A model generated the notes under the pieces. That model saw only the letters and a program-made list of their open reading frames with translations. It was not told where the DNA came from and ran no database searches. Below are positions 1 through 14,010 of a stretch of DNA of 60,000 nucleotides, piece by piece; positions within the stretch are counted from its first letter, which is position 1, and each line of letters begins with the position of its first letter. The position numbers and the translations under genes were made by a program. Source of the DNA: Camelus ferus. Taxonomy: Eukaryota. Location of the stretch: contig NC_045696.1 in assembly GCF_009834535.1 (NCBI RefSeq), positions 83,082,001-83,142,000 of the forward strand. Reading direction: 5' to 3'.

Positions 1-1795
1 ATTATGAAAACGGGCACTGTTGGATATTGATGCCGTGACCGCTGCGTTATTTTTGCTCCATGTGCTTGGTGTGTCTGTCCCCATTTATTTAGCTTCGTTT
101 TATTCTGGACGCTTTTTTTCTAGGCTAAGGTGGGTGTTATTTCTCTCTTGCTGTTTTCAAGATTTTTTTCTTTTTCAGAATTCCAAAGTTTGATGTTGAT
201 ATGTCTTCTGTGGATTTCTTTCGGTTGATCCTGTTCGGCATTCACACAGATTTTTCGATTTGTAGGTTTACAGGTTTTTTTGGTCATCTTTAGGACATTT
301 TTAGCCGTCATCCCCTTGACTCCTTTTTCAGTCCTGCCCCCTTTCATCTCTACCTGGACTCTGATGACACAAATGCTCGAGCTCTTCTTCAGTCCTACAG
401 ACCCCCAAGCTCTGTTCTTCTTCTTATTTCTTTCGTCATTTTCATTTCCCTCTCTGCTGTTTCGATTCGGTAATATTTGTTTAATCTTTGAGTTCACTGA
501 TGTGTTCCTCTGTCCTCTCCATTCTGCTGTTAAGCCCAAACATTGAGTTTTGTTTAAAGTTTTGGTTTTCTATTTTCCAGTTCTAAAATTTCCACTTGGT
601 CCTCCTGTATGTCTCTTATTCTTTGCTGAACCTTCCTATTTAACAAAAAAATTGCTTTAGGTATGTTCAGAGCTGCTCACTGAATCGTTTGTATGATGGC
701 TGCTTTAAAACTCTTATCAATTAGTTTTAACATCAGTGTCATCTGAGTGTTGGTGTTTGTTGATTATTTTTTTCTTATTCAAGTTGGAATTTTCCTGGTT
801 GTTGACAGAGTGAATAATTTTGGAATGGACCTGGACATTTTGAATATTATGGTATGAGACTCTGGATCTTGTTTAAATCTTCTGTTTTAGCAAGTCTCTT
901 ATGATAGTACACTGGCAAGGAAAGAGGTCCATCTGTTAGAGGGTGAAGTCCAAGTTCCCCACACTGTCTCCAAGGGGGGAGCAAGGATAAGTGTGTTTCG
1001 TCTCTGCTGGGCCAGGGCCCGAGCCCAGGCTCCCAACGAGGCCTCTGCTGACACCCACCTGAGGGGTAGAAGGGCCGCCTTATGGCTGCCACTCGACTTC
1101 CACGGACGCTGGTGGCCTTGCTGCTGCTTGGTGGCTGTGAGAGTCCTGACTGTCCCCACGACCTCCTCGGACACCACCCTAGCATGGAGCGGTGTGGGCT
1201 CCCTACCATCTGGTAGAGGCAGAGGCTCATGCCTTCCACGTGGTTTCCACTGTCGCTGCCGTGGTGGCGGGTACATGCCCACCTGGCAGGGATGGAAGTC
1301 CCAGCCCCACCAGGCCTGCTCTCACTCCATCCTGGTGCAGGGTGCGGGGGCCTCATACACCCCAGCGGCATCTGAAGGGTAGAATCCTCACTTGGCCTTT
1401 GCTAATGGAGCTGGGGTGGAGGAAATGGTTTTAGTCTGTTTGCTGGGAATAGACCCGTTATTGTCTAAGAGTTTCCTGTCTTGCTTGGCTGCCCTTTTCC
1501 TGATATTTTAACTAGAGAAAGCAAGCTGACCTTGGACCTTTTTCTGTCTGCGCCTATTGACCCTTCTGGGTTAGAGCCTCTCCAGCAACCAGTCCAGCGT
1601 ATGAGACAAGAAAGGAAACTCAGGGAACTCACCATCATGCTGACCCTAGGTCCCCAGAATTGTAGCAGTTCTGCTGTCTTCTCTCCACACTTCAGAGTTC
1701 CGTATGTTTTCTATATAGTGTCTAGAATTTTTACTGTGTTTAGAGAGAGGAATAGGAAAATGGGTGTGTACTCCAGTTCTTCTAAGTGCAAGTCT
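1..1795 (-). mobile_element. Old LINE-1 fragment (5' region and decayed ORF1)
   Basis: ORF 120-539 contains RHINIKL..EKEKNL..KRE, similar to L1 ORF1p PRHIIIKL..KEKILKAARE. The GC-richer 900-1400 stretch fits an L1 5' region. Confidence 0.7.
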
Positions 1796-4180
1796 TATAA
1801 TTTTATGTAATCTTTAGACAGTGCATTAATATAATGAATTTATTTGTTTAGTATATGTTGACTCACCAGTATGAGTGGTGATGGAATTAATATGCTTCTG
1901 CTTTCTCCAAATTTTTCTCATTCCTCTTTTCCCCTGATTTTACTGGGCTGTATTTTTTATTCTTACATTCTCAATGACAGCATTCTGAATTCCAGCATTT
2001 ACCTTTATACACTTAAACATACTTACTGAGTTGCCACATTTAAACAGTATGTTTTGACACAGATTTGTCCCTCCCATCCCACAAAGTGTAATAGAGAAAT
2101 AAGAAGATCCACATACTTCAACTCGTCTACCTTCTCTTCCCTTTCAGCTTATGCTCACGATGCTAAAACCTCAATGTTGTTATACTGTAAAATGCTTATA
2201 TATTTATATAATACCAGGTAACCATAATTCTTATATTTGTTTTAAACTCAGCCTCAATTAAACTAGATTTAAGTCACTAAACCTCTTTTTCAGAGATTTT
2301 TCATTTTTTTTATTTGGTTGTTCAATTTATCTTCCAATGGTTTCTTCAAAACATTTTATGACTACTGTATTCCCAGCAGCTTTTGATAATGAAACATTAT
2401 TGTTTATTTTCCATCATGTTCTACTCGAATAACAGTTTAACTGTATATAAAATACTTGAGTCATAGCTCTTCCCTAGACCTTTGTAGGCTTCGATAGCCA
2501 TAGGCTAGCAATCAATACTGCTGTGAGGTATCAGGCCAGACTGACTTTCCCCGTCTCTTCATACGAGATCTCATGTTTTTTCTTAAAATCCCAATAGAGT
2601 TTCTCCTTGCTTACGATCAATCCTAACTAGTATTTTTAGGGATAGAAATGTACTCTATCAATCTGTAGCAACAGATCTTCTTTCATTTTGGGGGAAAAAA
2701 AACCTTGATTATATTTTAATATTTTCTTTTCCATTTATATATTTGTCTATTTTTTTCCATTTCATTGTTCTCACTTCCTTGAAATATATTCTCCGTGTAC
2801 ATGGCTGTCACATCAGCAGATTCCACTCTCCTATTACCTGCATTCAATGTGGTCTACATTTATATGATGTGAGGTTTAATTTTCACTTCCACTTCTTTCT
2901 GAGCTCTGCCAGGTTACTTTTTCAGTTACCTTTGTTGTCTTTTCATTTATCCCATGAACCCTTGTATCTCTCCATTGCACTCACAATTTATAGAGAACAC
3001 TTTTTCATTAAGTCCTTCGAATGCTTGGAAGAAATTCTGGTTAATATTTTCATGAGCTCCATAACAAAACTTCTCTGCTCTCCGTTCCTCTGCTTTTTGT
3101 TTTCTACTATATCCTTCTTACAGAATTTGCACTAAAAAAAGCTTTGAATGGTTTTATATTTTGTCTCCAAGATGAGGGGAGGTGTTTTTATGCACCAGTT
3201 TTTTTTGTTTGTTTATTTGTTTGTTTCAGATTAGTTTTTTTTGTGCACCTGCAATTTTTAGGACGGTATTATGGATTTGGAGCTAGAAAAATGATTTTAG
3301 CTATTAGGGCCCCTCCTTGGCCCAGAGTAACATTCCATACACCACAAAAGCATGGGATGTTCATGTGCGCGTGTGTAGACTTGGACTGCCTTTAGCTGCA
3401 AGGTTACTTACAAACCATAGAGTCCCCACTACCCTAGTGAAGAGTTGAAAAGATAATATGTCTGTGCACTTCTTGGTTTTATTCCCATTTTAAAACTGCC
3501 ACTCTGTGATGTCCAGTGGGGTTCAAGAAAGTTTTTGCAGCCTGCCCACCCACCCAGCTCTTGATTTTCAACAAAAGGTCATTGACTTTGCCCTTCTGTA
3601 TGTGCCATGCAGAAGTGGCCCCTCTGCTGGCCCCACTCAAGAGATACTGTCGGGCTCAGCATCCTCTATGCATGTCTTGTCATTGAACTTGACAGTTCTT
3701 CTGTTGTGATTATGATGATGATGACAAAAAATAATATGAGTTAGGACAAGAAAGTTTTGCAGTTTTAAACAAAAATCATGGTTTTTTTTTTCTCTCTCTC
3801 TCTCATTGCTCTTAACAGCTTTCAGTGGTTTTCTGAAAATTGAAGATATAAAGCTCTTCGGTTCTTGTAATTAGACACCTTCAACACACAACCTGAGGTA
3901 ATTTTACAAAATTTAGCCAAAGTTATTTTAAAATTTGCTCCTACTCAACAATATGCATGAACTATTCTTTGTTTTTGTTTTCAATCTTTGTTTACCCCTG
4001 GTAGACTAGTTCTTGAATAACTCTGCAGGAGCATGCACTTTCCTGTCATTAAAGCCACACTTACGAAGAAAGTGTTGTAGACAATGCCCATGTAATTCTA
4101 CTCCCTGGCACCACATCTGCCTTCAAAGTTAAGCTTAGTAAGTGCCTCGATGACCAAGGTGACCGTGTGGTCATTGTTAC

Positions 4181-4306
4181 CTGGCTGACACCTGGCTCCC
4201 ATTTGGCCAGGTGGACACTGGCACCCTCCAGTCATTGGGTCACACTGTCCTGAGCCACAGGAACACTGCTGGACACAGTCCTGTCCATAGTGATCTTCAG
4301 GACAAA
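4181..4306 (-). CDS. EGFEM1: Intact EGF-like repeat exon (xCPEDHYGQDCVQQCSCGSGQCDPMTGGCQCPPGQMGARCQP) of a MEGF6-like gene
   Basis: 126 bp, phase 1-1. Acceptor tttctgcag, donor gtaaca. Eight Cys in MEGF-type spacing. Gene name inferred from paralogy, large introns and low GC. Confidence 0.85.
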
Positions 4307-5627
4307 CTGCAGAAAGGAGCAAAACAAAGCAGAGCAAAATGAAACCAGATTTTGCTTCTTAAAACATTTCTCAAGTCAAGATTTTTAAAAACATGTTAAT
4401 ACATGACCTTTTCTTTTAATCAAATAGGCTTCCCTGACTTGCCTCCCATTCAGTTTTCAATTTAAAGTTACTTTGTAAAAAACAAGAGAAAAAAGGAACT
4501 GTTTAAATGGTTGCTTGCTTAGTGCAATTTTAGTTGACATCAGGAATTCCATCCAAATACCTAGTGTCCAATACTTACAGATATATTATGATATAAATGA
4601 CACTTATAGACTGAGTCCTGCTTTACTGCATGGCTATCTTAGCTTCTCTGTGTATCTGTGTGTGTGTAATAACCTTGAGGACATCTCGTCTTAAAGTCTA
4701 CTCTGGAATTTTACCTTACACTTCTGTGCACTGATACAGGATGCATTATGCTCATATCTCCAAATATTTATTTATGTATCTATTAATTTATTTGTAACTG
4801 TATTGTTTATTGACTAAAAATCAATAAATTTGTTATATTACCTTTAATAGATGATATCTATTAAATTAATTTATTACATGATTTATTCATAAATTAACAC
4901 AGAATTGTTTGCTTTGCTGCAACCTGATTCCACAACTTCATTGAGATGCTTTTATCAAAATACAGATAAAACACAGAAAAAGTAGATATATGTGAGAATC
5001 GAGTGAAGAGAAAATACAGTAACTGTTTATACACAAACAAATATCGTAATTCTTTGAACTTGCAAAAGGGGGACTGCGAATTTGGCTCTGACCTCTTTAG
5101 CCATCAAAGCAAAGAAGGAAAAGTGCTCTGATACAAGGTCACAGCTTTCTGAAGACAGAACTGCTCCCAAGATTCAGGGAAGCCATAACTTTTGAAGAAG
5201 ATTTGGCCTAAGGAAATTCGAAAATTTCTCCAACCATTCTCCATGAAGAACAAAACACACAGGAGCCAGTCAGAACCTTCTTTGGGAGATGTTTATGGGT
5301 TGGCTTTCACTCAAAGATAACTTGGCCGTTGAGGCCTCAGAGGCCGTATCCACTAGGTTTCAATTTTCTGCTGCTTAGAGCCAGGACTGATTCACCTTTT
5401 ATCCTCAGAACAGAGGGGTACTGAAGCAGGGGAATTAAAATTACCCTCATACAAAGGAGACAAAGCAACTACCTTCCTGAGGAAGGGAAGCATCCTGGAT
5501 ATCCCTAACACAATGATTTAGTTCCCCGCCTGATCACAGACTTCATTATCCTTCTTCCAAATAAAGGAATCTCAAGTCCACAATTACAGTCCTACCTTTA
5601 ATTTGAGATCTGTTGATGATTCTTTCA

Positions 5628-5830
5628 CTATTTTCATTGTGAAGTACAAGACACAGAATAGTACACAAAAAACATAAATGCCCAGATCAATGAAGGATCA
5701 CAAATTGAACATTCTCATCAGCAAGACATAGGTCAAAGAACACAACACTGCCAGGCCCATCCCCACCCTGCACTCTCCTCGTTGCCTCTGCCATCCTCCC
5801 TGAAGATCATCCTGACCTTGCAAACTGTCC
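5628..5830 (-). mobile_element. Old L1 (L1MC/MD-like) 3' end fragment
   Basis: Typical reversed L1 3'UTR wording (aagtaca..cacagaatagtacacaaa..ggtcaaagaacacaacactgccag). Confidence 0.5.
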
Positions 5831-6456
5831 AAACATTTAGAAAATCGCAGATCTGATGAAAGCAAAATGTATTTGCTAAGGATAGCCCTGCAATGTCTAA
5901 TCCCGCTCATTTTTAAGGAATCTTTAATTTATATTGGGTCCCTTAAACTTCATGTCAATAGTTGTTTTTATGATAGGCAGTTAAGGTCTTCAGATTTTTG
6001 GGAACTGGTTATTTATTGGTAAGTAAGGAAACTACTCAATTTTGAGCTGGAAAATTACTAAGGATAAATGAAATTGTGGAACTTTGGACAATGAGTTTGA
6101 CATTGTGCATGTAAGAATCTCCAGTCTGCTCTGATCTTGCCAAACAGATTTGCCAAACACATTTTCTTATCCTGACTTGAGTCCAGCATTGCTGAGGCAA
6201 GAGATTGTGACCAAAGGGCTCTCTTTGGCTGCCTTCACTGACTTCAGCTCTCAATCAAACTCCTGCTGTTAGTACTCCTCAACCTAGAATTTAGGTCAGT
6301 TGGTGTTTGTTGTTACTGCAATTATCATGTAAAATAAATGCAACAATATTTACTCTGTACATGCAGTTCTTAAAAGACTCTGCAGCTCTCAAAACCTCTG
6401 CTTTTACCATATAGCAAACTTAGCATATCTACTTCATAGGAGGTAGAATGACTTAC

Positions 6457-6585
6457 TTGGACTGCAGTCGGCCCCGATGAAGCCAGGAGGGCAGTCACAG
6501 GTGCCAGTCACAGTGTCACAGCTCCCACCATTCAGGCACTTACACTTCCTTTGGCAATATGGACCATAAGTGCCATTTGGGCATC
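6457..6585 (-). CDS. EGFEM1: Intact EGF-like repeat exon ([43 protein letters not shown])
   Basis: 129 bp, phase 1-1. Acceptor ttcattcaacag, donor gtaagt. Absent from the ORF track; found by manual translation. Confidence 0.9.
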
Positions 6586-7119
6586 CTGTTGAATGAAGGA
6601 GAACAAAATTACATGTGATAATGTAACTTGAAACAACCAGTGTTTAAATTCATGCCTATAGACATGTGGTTAACTCAACACTCCAATTACTGTTCTTTAG
6701 TATTTTCAATTACCTTCAAGCTATTGGTTCAAGGCATGGATGCCTTGGAAATATAGAGAGGGATGTAAAGTTCCTGATGCTGTTCATTAATAAGATACAG
6801 AATTCTTAACTTTGAGCTTCCTTGGACATCTGTCTACTTTTAGAGAATGCTCAGAATAAATACCAAAGAAGTCTATTTCATTCCAGCCCAGATAAATTCA
6901 TGATTTCAATTAATGCTTAAGTGTTATAGATTGTTTTACCTGGAACGATCTCGGTTTAATACCAGTAAGAATTCAAAATGGCAGCAAGCATAGAGGAAGC
7001 ATCTTCATTGTCTCTTAGTGTCTCAGTTTTCTACTGTCATATCCATGGATGTATGACCTACCATGATGATACCTGTGTAAGAGACAGATAAATGGCCAGA
7101 CTTTATTATAAAAGGAGAC

Positions 7120-7470
7120 TGAACAAGGCAAAGAGTGACCTAAAGACCACATTATCTGTGCAATGATTGAAAGATTGGGGCTGTTTAGCTAGCCAGGAGA
7201 AAATCAACCTAAGAAGATAGAACTTGTCTTCAAACATGGAAAGAAAGTCTTGTAGAAAAGGAGGAAGGCAGATTTTATCTCAGTAAAGAACTACTTTCTG
7301 AAGGAGCTGTCCAGGATTGGAATAAGGCTTTTTCAGGAGGTAATGAGTTACTCGTCCTTGTAGGAGTTCAAGCAGAGATAGGATGACTACCTAGCAGAGA
7401 AATGGCAGTGGGGATGCAAGCACTTGATTAACTTTGAAGCACGTCCAACTGTGACCTTCTCCTGTTCTAT
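7120..7470 (+). mobile_element. L3/CR1 LINE 3' fragment
   Basis: Motifs ttggggctgtttagc, gtcttcaaa, gagctgtccag..tggaat and gtaatgagtt..gttcaagcagag are typical of L3. Confidence 0.65.
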
Positions 7471-7669
7471 GAAATGTCTTATACTTTGAAGTCTTAAAAT
7501 CATAGAAGTTTGTTTCAAGAGACCTCAGACCCATCTGGTTCAACTCTTATTTCAAGATAAAGAAGTTGAAGCCTTCAGGGTAAAGTGACTTGAAATAGTT
7601 ACTGCACGAAATTCTTTCACCTGTTAAAGATCGCCTTCCTTATTCTTGTCATATATTTAAAATATAAGG

Positions 7670-7880
7670 CTGTAGGAAATTCTGAATAGACTTTGGTTTG
7701 AACCCTATATCTTCTACTTGCTAGTGCTGTGGCCTTGAGTGAGTCCTTTATTTGAACTTCTGGGTCTTCATTCCCAAAGGGGATGACAACAGAATCCCAG
7801 GCCCTTGTGTGCACGAGTAGAGCATCTAGCATATTGCCAAACTCAGACAGCTCCCGAGCGAGTGGTAGCCATTATTTTCA
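7670..7880. mobile_element. MIR SINE remnant
   Basis: MIR core-like ggtttgaaccc..tgtggccttgag..ttctgggtcttcatt. Confidence 0.5.
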
Positions 7881-10800
7881 CTCATGGTTGCAGGATCGCT
7901 GGTGGACATATGGCCTTTCCCTACCTGCCTGACTTGAGTCCAAAGGTGTGGTATTTGCCTTAAGTCCTTCCTCTTGGAGTACATTTTCACTTGGAAGCAC
8001 AGCACTAAAATTGACTGAACTGGAGACTAGATGACACTTGCTTCCTTCCCCTTTTATCTTGTATTTTTAGGTAAGAATAAGATGGTACAGAATATTTTTG
8101 AGTATTGCACATGTAGCAGGCTTTAGAGGTTTAGAAGCCAAAGAATGGTTTTTATTGAGATTCAGATTGTTTGTAATCCACATGTATACCCTGTCCTAAA
8201 GCCCATGGTCTCACCTTGAGTCTCAGACTCAAAGAATGGCTTCTTCTTCTCTCCATTCCCTTCGAGTTTTAAAATGAAATTCTCCACAATGGAGATGAAA
8301 GCCAAACACTTAAAATCACTTCTTACCAAGGGCTATTTCTCTGTTGTAGCTGCTGTATTTCTTTATTTCTTTCTATGAAATTGATGAGTGCATTTCACAT
8401 TCTCTTCCCTCCCTCCAAGGGATGTCAGTTCTCACAGCAAAGGAACCCTTCTTTGGTACAGCATTCTTTAGTCCTCCTAAGGAGTTATTTTTCTCCCTCA
8501 CAAAAATTCAATAGAGTATACCTAAAAACTGACTAGTGATTAAAAAAAGAGTCTCTATCTTCTCTTCTCTTGTTCACCAAGATCTAAAATGCTTTCATGT
8601 TGATCTGGGTCAATCTTTTAGAATGTAATTTTTTTAAATTGCTTTTTTTTAAGTTATTTTTTATGGAAGTACAGTTTTTATCATTACTATGTTTGATGCT
8701 TAAAAAAGAACGTTTAGTTGTTTAATATTAGAGAAAATACAAAGCAAGCTAAAGGTATGTAGTCTGAAACAATGAAGTCTGGTATGTACTGCCAGCATGT
8801 TGCTTCCAAAAAAGGAGGTTAAATTAAAGAGTTGATTGGTATAGAAAATGCTGTAGACACATAACTGGGAAGTGAAATGTGACATAAACTATTGTGCAAA
8901 TAGGGAAAAGGGAAATACTTGGTAAAGTGAAACTTATATACTTATTAATGAGGAAAATATTAAACTGTGGACATAATGATGGGTATAAAAGAATCAGAAT
9001 CTCAGTTAAAAGGAAAAAAGAGTTATGTGTAATTATTTGATGAATTTATATGACATATATGTAAAAATCTGTATTTTGAAACCATTTTCATTTGAGTTGA
9101 AGTTACTTGGAATACATAATTTCTCTCTGACATACGCTCATTTTTCAAACTATCTGAATGGTGGTTTTGCATTTGATAAAATCATTCCTTGCTGTTCCTT
9201 CTTGGTATATAGCCTTCAACTTAATTATCCTTTTGAAATTGGGACAATGAACTTGATGAAATTAACCTACTAATGAGTATAACATCTGTTGAAAGACAGT
9301 ATATGCACTAACCTCTTAGTCCCACAACTCGTTAAATTTATATGAAAGTACGGTATGTGTTTACAAAAGTACCCATAACTTTTTTCCCCAAGAATAAGTT
9401 ATTTCACTAACAGTTCCACTTTCTCATATAACCCTGTAGCTACGTGAAAGGTTGACTTCTGGAATCATGCACACATCCCTTGCTCAGATGTTCACTAAAT
9501 TTAACAAGGAAACGCACGCCCAGGACGCAGTGATTTCACTTGGCTTGTTTGAGTGTGTGGTCTCCCCTCCCTCATTTCCTAAAGTTCCATTTTGATCATT
9601 ACTTGGCCTTTGCTCTATTCTTTACAGTGATTTCTCCCAGGAAAGTTTGTTCCTCTAGCAAGGGATATTTAATTCTTTTCCATTAGAAATTTCCGATTTT
9701 TCCCCAACCTTGCACCATCCCTTCTGCACAAAGGAGACTGACTAGGAAGAAGCTTGGAAATGAATTCACAGTTCTGATTTCTTTAAATATTAAAGGCTAA
9801 TGATATACCATGATGATGTGAGTGACACTTGGTAGTTTTATTAGGCACTTAAAACAAGCAAGGTTGAAACTGTATCCTGAGACACAGTTCAGAAGCAAAT
9901 GAAAAGCATGAATCTGTTTTTCAGTCTGTTTTCCTAGCAGTACTTGACCAGGTTACTCACACATCCACCAGCCACTGTTACACAGTTTTGTTTTATTCTT
10001 ACAAAGAGATGCTAAGATTTGGTCTGTCTGAATTTTTAATGCTAGGAGCAAGAGCATGAATGCCAAGTTTCCATGCGAATGTCTTGACATCCTCCTCCTG
10101 GCACAGGTGAGCTATCCTGTGGCCCATGTTTCTCAAAGCAACCTAAGCCAAGTGTAAGAGTGTTCTTGTGAATACTGTCAACAGACCTGCCTGTAGTTTT
10201 TAGAGGACTCCAGTGCCTTAAATCCTCTCAAAATGGGGTCTAATAAATAGTGTGCAGGTTGGAGAAACAGAAAATGTCCATCTTCTGTAGTCACTTTACA
10301 GTTTCCAGTCAGCCAGAAAATGCACAGCATGGTGAGCTGCCATCTACCGAGCAGCCTGTCTGTGCTTGCCCGCACGCCGGCCACAGATGGGGACTGACCT
10401 GCCCATTACGAACTGTGGACAAGCGGTGAGATTCCTACTGCGAGTTTGTCTGCTTCCTCTGACCGCTGCCTTGAGAACATTTTGATTCTCCACTCGGAAC
10501 TTGAGAACATGAAAGCCTGGTTGTTTTTGGCTGCTGAAACTTTTGCTCTTGCGCCAGCTACACCTTTTATGGATATTTTCTTGAACCCTTTTTCATTGTC
10601 CTGTAATTACAGTGGATGTAGCCAAGGAACCTTTGCAGCAGCTTCCAACCACGTGTTGCCTGGAACCGAGCCCATCTGACTAGTCAGGGAGCGGCTCCCG
10701 GCCTCAGCTTTGCTTTTACAAGGTGAAGCTCCCCTCCTGCAACCCAAGGTAGCTCGCCTTCGGGAACGGTAGTACTACCAGCTTTCTGTAACTTCATTTC

Positions 10801-11923
10801 CTTTAATTCAGATGAAAATATCCTTGCCCTCAAGAAGAAATTCTTCTCGAGAAATGTGACAGAATCAGATGGGAGGAAGTAACTCCTTTCTTCCACTACG
10901 AGGGTGCTTGAAATTTGCCGTGACCAAAAAGTAATTGAAATTTTACTCATTTTATATTTTAGTTCTTCATTTTAAGTTTGAATAACGCAACAGTTATGGG
11001 TTCTGTGGGTGTATGAAACCATTTTCGTACACGCGTTATTGTGTTTTTAGCTGGTATTACTTAATATTGGGACAAATGTGAGAAGTGATATTCAAAATAC
11101 ATATCTATGGCTTGTAGAAAATGAAAACTAATATCTTGACCATGAGTCTATGTTTTATGGATGGCGTTTTTTGGAGGGGATCCAAAAATCATCCTTAGAC
11201 ATGCAGAATTAGGAAAGGAAAGAAGAAAAAACAATCTGCTATAGGAGCGACCAGGGAGGAGAGAGAGCAGCACCGGCCAAGTTGGGGGAAAAACGAAACT
11301 GAGGCCAAATCATTTTATTCTTAAACCTATAAAAAGTACATCATAAATAATTACGAGCTTAAAAATTAAGTAGCTGACTGAACATTTTAACATGCTCCTT
11401 GGGACTTTTTATCGTGTGTTCTCCTGTAACCGTTTCGATGTTAAAATGTCCTAACAAATCAATATAAGGTGTTTGGTCCGAGGGACTATTCTTTTTTATT
11501 ACACAACAATGAGCCAACTGGCACTCTGTCATTTAAGCAAGTCATTGTTTTTGTTCCAGAATAACAATTTGTTTAATTTGATTGTTCCTAAGCAGATCCT
11601 GGAACCAACTTACTTGATGAATCACTCGAAATATGATGCCATTTGCTATGTATTGCTTTATAATAATCAGTATATATTTTCTTCTTTATTTATTTCTCTC
11701 TTTCTTTCTTGTCTTTTTCTTGGGGATATTTTGAATAGAAAAGGCAAAACAGGAGAACGAGCTACACAGAAAAGTGTTTTCAACCATTCCACTAAAAATC
11801 CCCACAAGACTTGCTAGGAATTAGAAGCTTGAATTAACATTTGCTCTTTAACATTCTGAGTGATGACCCACCCTACCGGTGTCTCCTCCATAAATTATAA
11901 ACCAAAGCACAGAACACACTTAC

Positions 11924-12055
11924 GGAGATGACAGTGGTTTCCATGGTAGCCAGGCAGACAGGTACATCTCCCGGTGACTGGGTGACACTCCTCATTCTCT
12001 GCTGGGCACTGACATACCTGTTTACAGTCCCTCCCACATGTGCCTGGTGGACAAA
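11924..12055 (-). CDS. EGFEM1: Intact EGF-like repeat exon (xCPPGTCGRDCKQVCQCPAENEECHPVTGRCTCLPGYHGNHCHL)
   Basis: 132 bp, phase 1-1. Acceptor cttcccttag, donor gtaagt. Resembles the MEGF6 CQCPGENPACHP repeat. Confidence 0.88.
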
Positions 12056-13337
12056 CTAAGGGAAGGAGGAAATGTAAACCCAATGAATTAAATTTGTCTG
12101 TGTAAATATAGCTCTAAAAGTGAAAGCAGGGGGAAATTTATTAAATAAGACCATTGCCTACAGAAGTGTGCTGCCCTTTGGGATTTAGGTTTCATTAAAT
12201 TTACTTGGGGATTACTTCACTGTTTGATTTTGTTTTGTTCAGTCAATTTGTGACCGACTGTCAAGGGCCAGCTGCAATTTTCTTGTCACTGAAGAAAATC
12301 ATAGGGTGATGTCAGGTAAAATCAACTAAAATAATAGTATAATTCATGAGGGACCACATATCTGGGTAAAGATATTTTTTTCTGGTGCAGCCGGTTTAAA
12401 TCCTCAAGGTTGTTTCTCTCTGCGCATTAGCATGTACTGTATTCGTGTCACTTGTCAGCTTCTCTGCTGGTTCGTGCTGTTTTCTTTTTACAGGCCAAGC
12501 AGTAAAAGCTTTCCCTCCAACTTCTAAATAATATCGTGCCACTTTGCTAAGAAAATAGAAAGGCTTTCTCGGTATTTTTCAGCTTACAATACGGAGTGAA
12601 GTAGACATTTTGAGTTCATGGTTGTGTCTGATGACAATTCAAACAAATTCAGTTTAAAAAAATCAGACCATTTAGGTTACTGCAGACTTAAAGTGGAATA
12701 ATAATTCCTGGATCAGCCTTTTAATTTAGCACCTTAGGGGTTTGGCAGCATGAAACAATAAACCTTTTAAAAAGACCTCATACTGGAGAGGTTATTGATT
12801 GTCTTGTTCACTGCATCCATGTGTTTTGTTGGCTGCCCTGTGTGCCTGGGGTGTCATTTGTTTTCTTAGCATCACTATCCTTAAGAATATTTCATCTTCC
12901 AGTTTTTTTTAAGTAAAAAAATGACAGCAGTGACAGAAATTCTTACTTTAAGGGCCATTGGTTGCTTGCCTAAGATTAAAAACAAAAAACTAATGAAACA
13001 CAAGGTGATGAATCAAAAAAAGAAGATTTTTCCCCCTCCCTTTCTTGACTGAGATACGTACAAATAAGGGAGCACTGGGTGGACTCTGACTCGGCGTCGG
13101 AACAGCTCTTTACACAGTGTACTGCTGGTCTAGACGTCCTTTTATCTAAGAATCACTGACTGTTCAAATACGTATGGTAAAAGCACTTACCCTGAACTTG
13201 CCAGGTATACCAAAAAGCACATCTGGCTTTGCTGTCTGAAAAGTTTATTGACTTTGTTTGTTAATAAGTGGCTATGCAAGAAAACTGATCGTGGCATTTC
13301 AGAGGTGACTGGGAGTGGATGTTTGTGAAATTCTTAC

Positions 13338-13463
13338 TTCCTCCACGTCGCCGTCAGTAAACCCAGGAAAGCATCCCCTGCGTTCCACTGTGACGTGATG
13401 AAAGGCGCTCCCTACTGAAAGGCTCACAAACAGTCGGAAAAATCAAAATGTATCTCATAAAGG
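13338..13463 (-). pseudogene. Fossil EGF exon (GAP/HHVTVERRGCFPGFTDGDVEE)
   Basis: Donor gtaaga. Matches the MEGF6 repeat [24 protein letters not shown] that precedes the CQCPGEN repeat (recalled from memory). Confidence 0.75.
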
Positions 13464-13789
13464 CTTCCAGTAACTTTGGAAACCAAGAGCTGCACATATT
13501 ACAAATTCTTCCCATCACTGGGAAGACCTGTTTTTGCCAGGGGGTTACGTGAGCATGAAGCTTGATCCTCCCACAGCAAATACGGAGACAAAACCCTGTG
13601 CTCTGAGGAGATCAGTAACACGAGGAGGTCAGATGGCTGTGCTGAACACGACAGGGTTTGTGTAGTAAGTGCCAATATCTCCATCTAGTTAGCCATTTCC
13701 CACCTTGAGGCATGGGGCCAACTGGCACTGGGCTTGAGGGGAGTGACATTCCGATGGATCTGCTCTGAGATACAGAACCATCATAAAGG

Positions 13790-14010
13790 TTGTGTGGTCT
13801 AGAGGAAATGGTGTGAACTTTGAGTCACTTGGGCCCAGCATGGCTATGGACCTTGTTACTGACTTTAAACAGTTATTTAAGCTCTAAGACCCTCAATCTC
13901 CTCTTCGGTACAGTGTGATTAATAAAATCTATCTCATAGACTGCTATGAGGAGTAACCTAGTAGACATAGTGACATATAGGAATCTCATAGTACCTCAGT
14001 AAAGTGTGTT
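13790..14010 (+). mobile_element. MIR SINE remnant
   Basis: gttatttaagctctaagaccctcaatctcctc..taataaaatctatctcatag..tgctatgagga. Confidence 0.55.

Noticed and set aside
847..1810. Overlapping longer ORFs
   Set aside because: GC-richer L1 5' remnant with no recognisable protein.
5470..5600. Minus-strand NEVCDQ..GYPG..|gt pattern
   Set aside because: The match is weak, and the flanking living exons already match consecutive MEGF6 repeats, leaving no slot.
10060..10146. ttag|GT TGC.. possible EGF remnant
   Set aside because: No downstream motifs or donor; it lies between two apparently consecutive living exons.
13500..13610. CSR..PGKTG-like remnant
   Set aside because: Only a half motif; 17963 and 13338 already fill the expected order.
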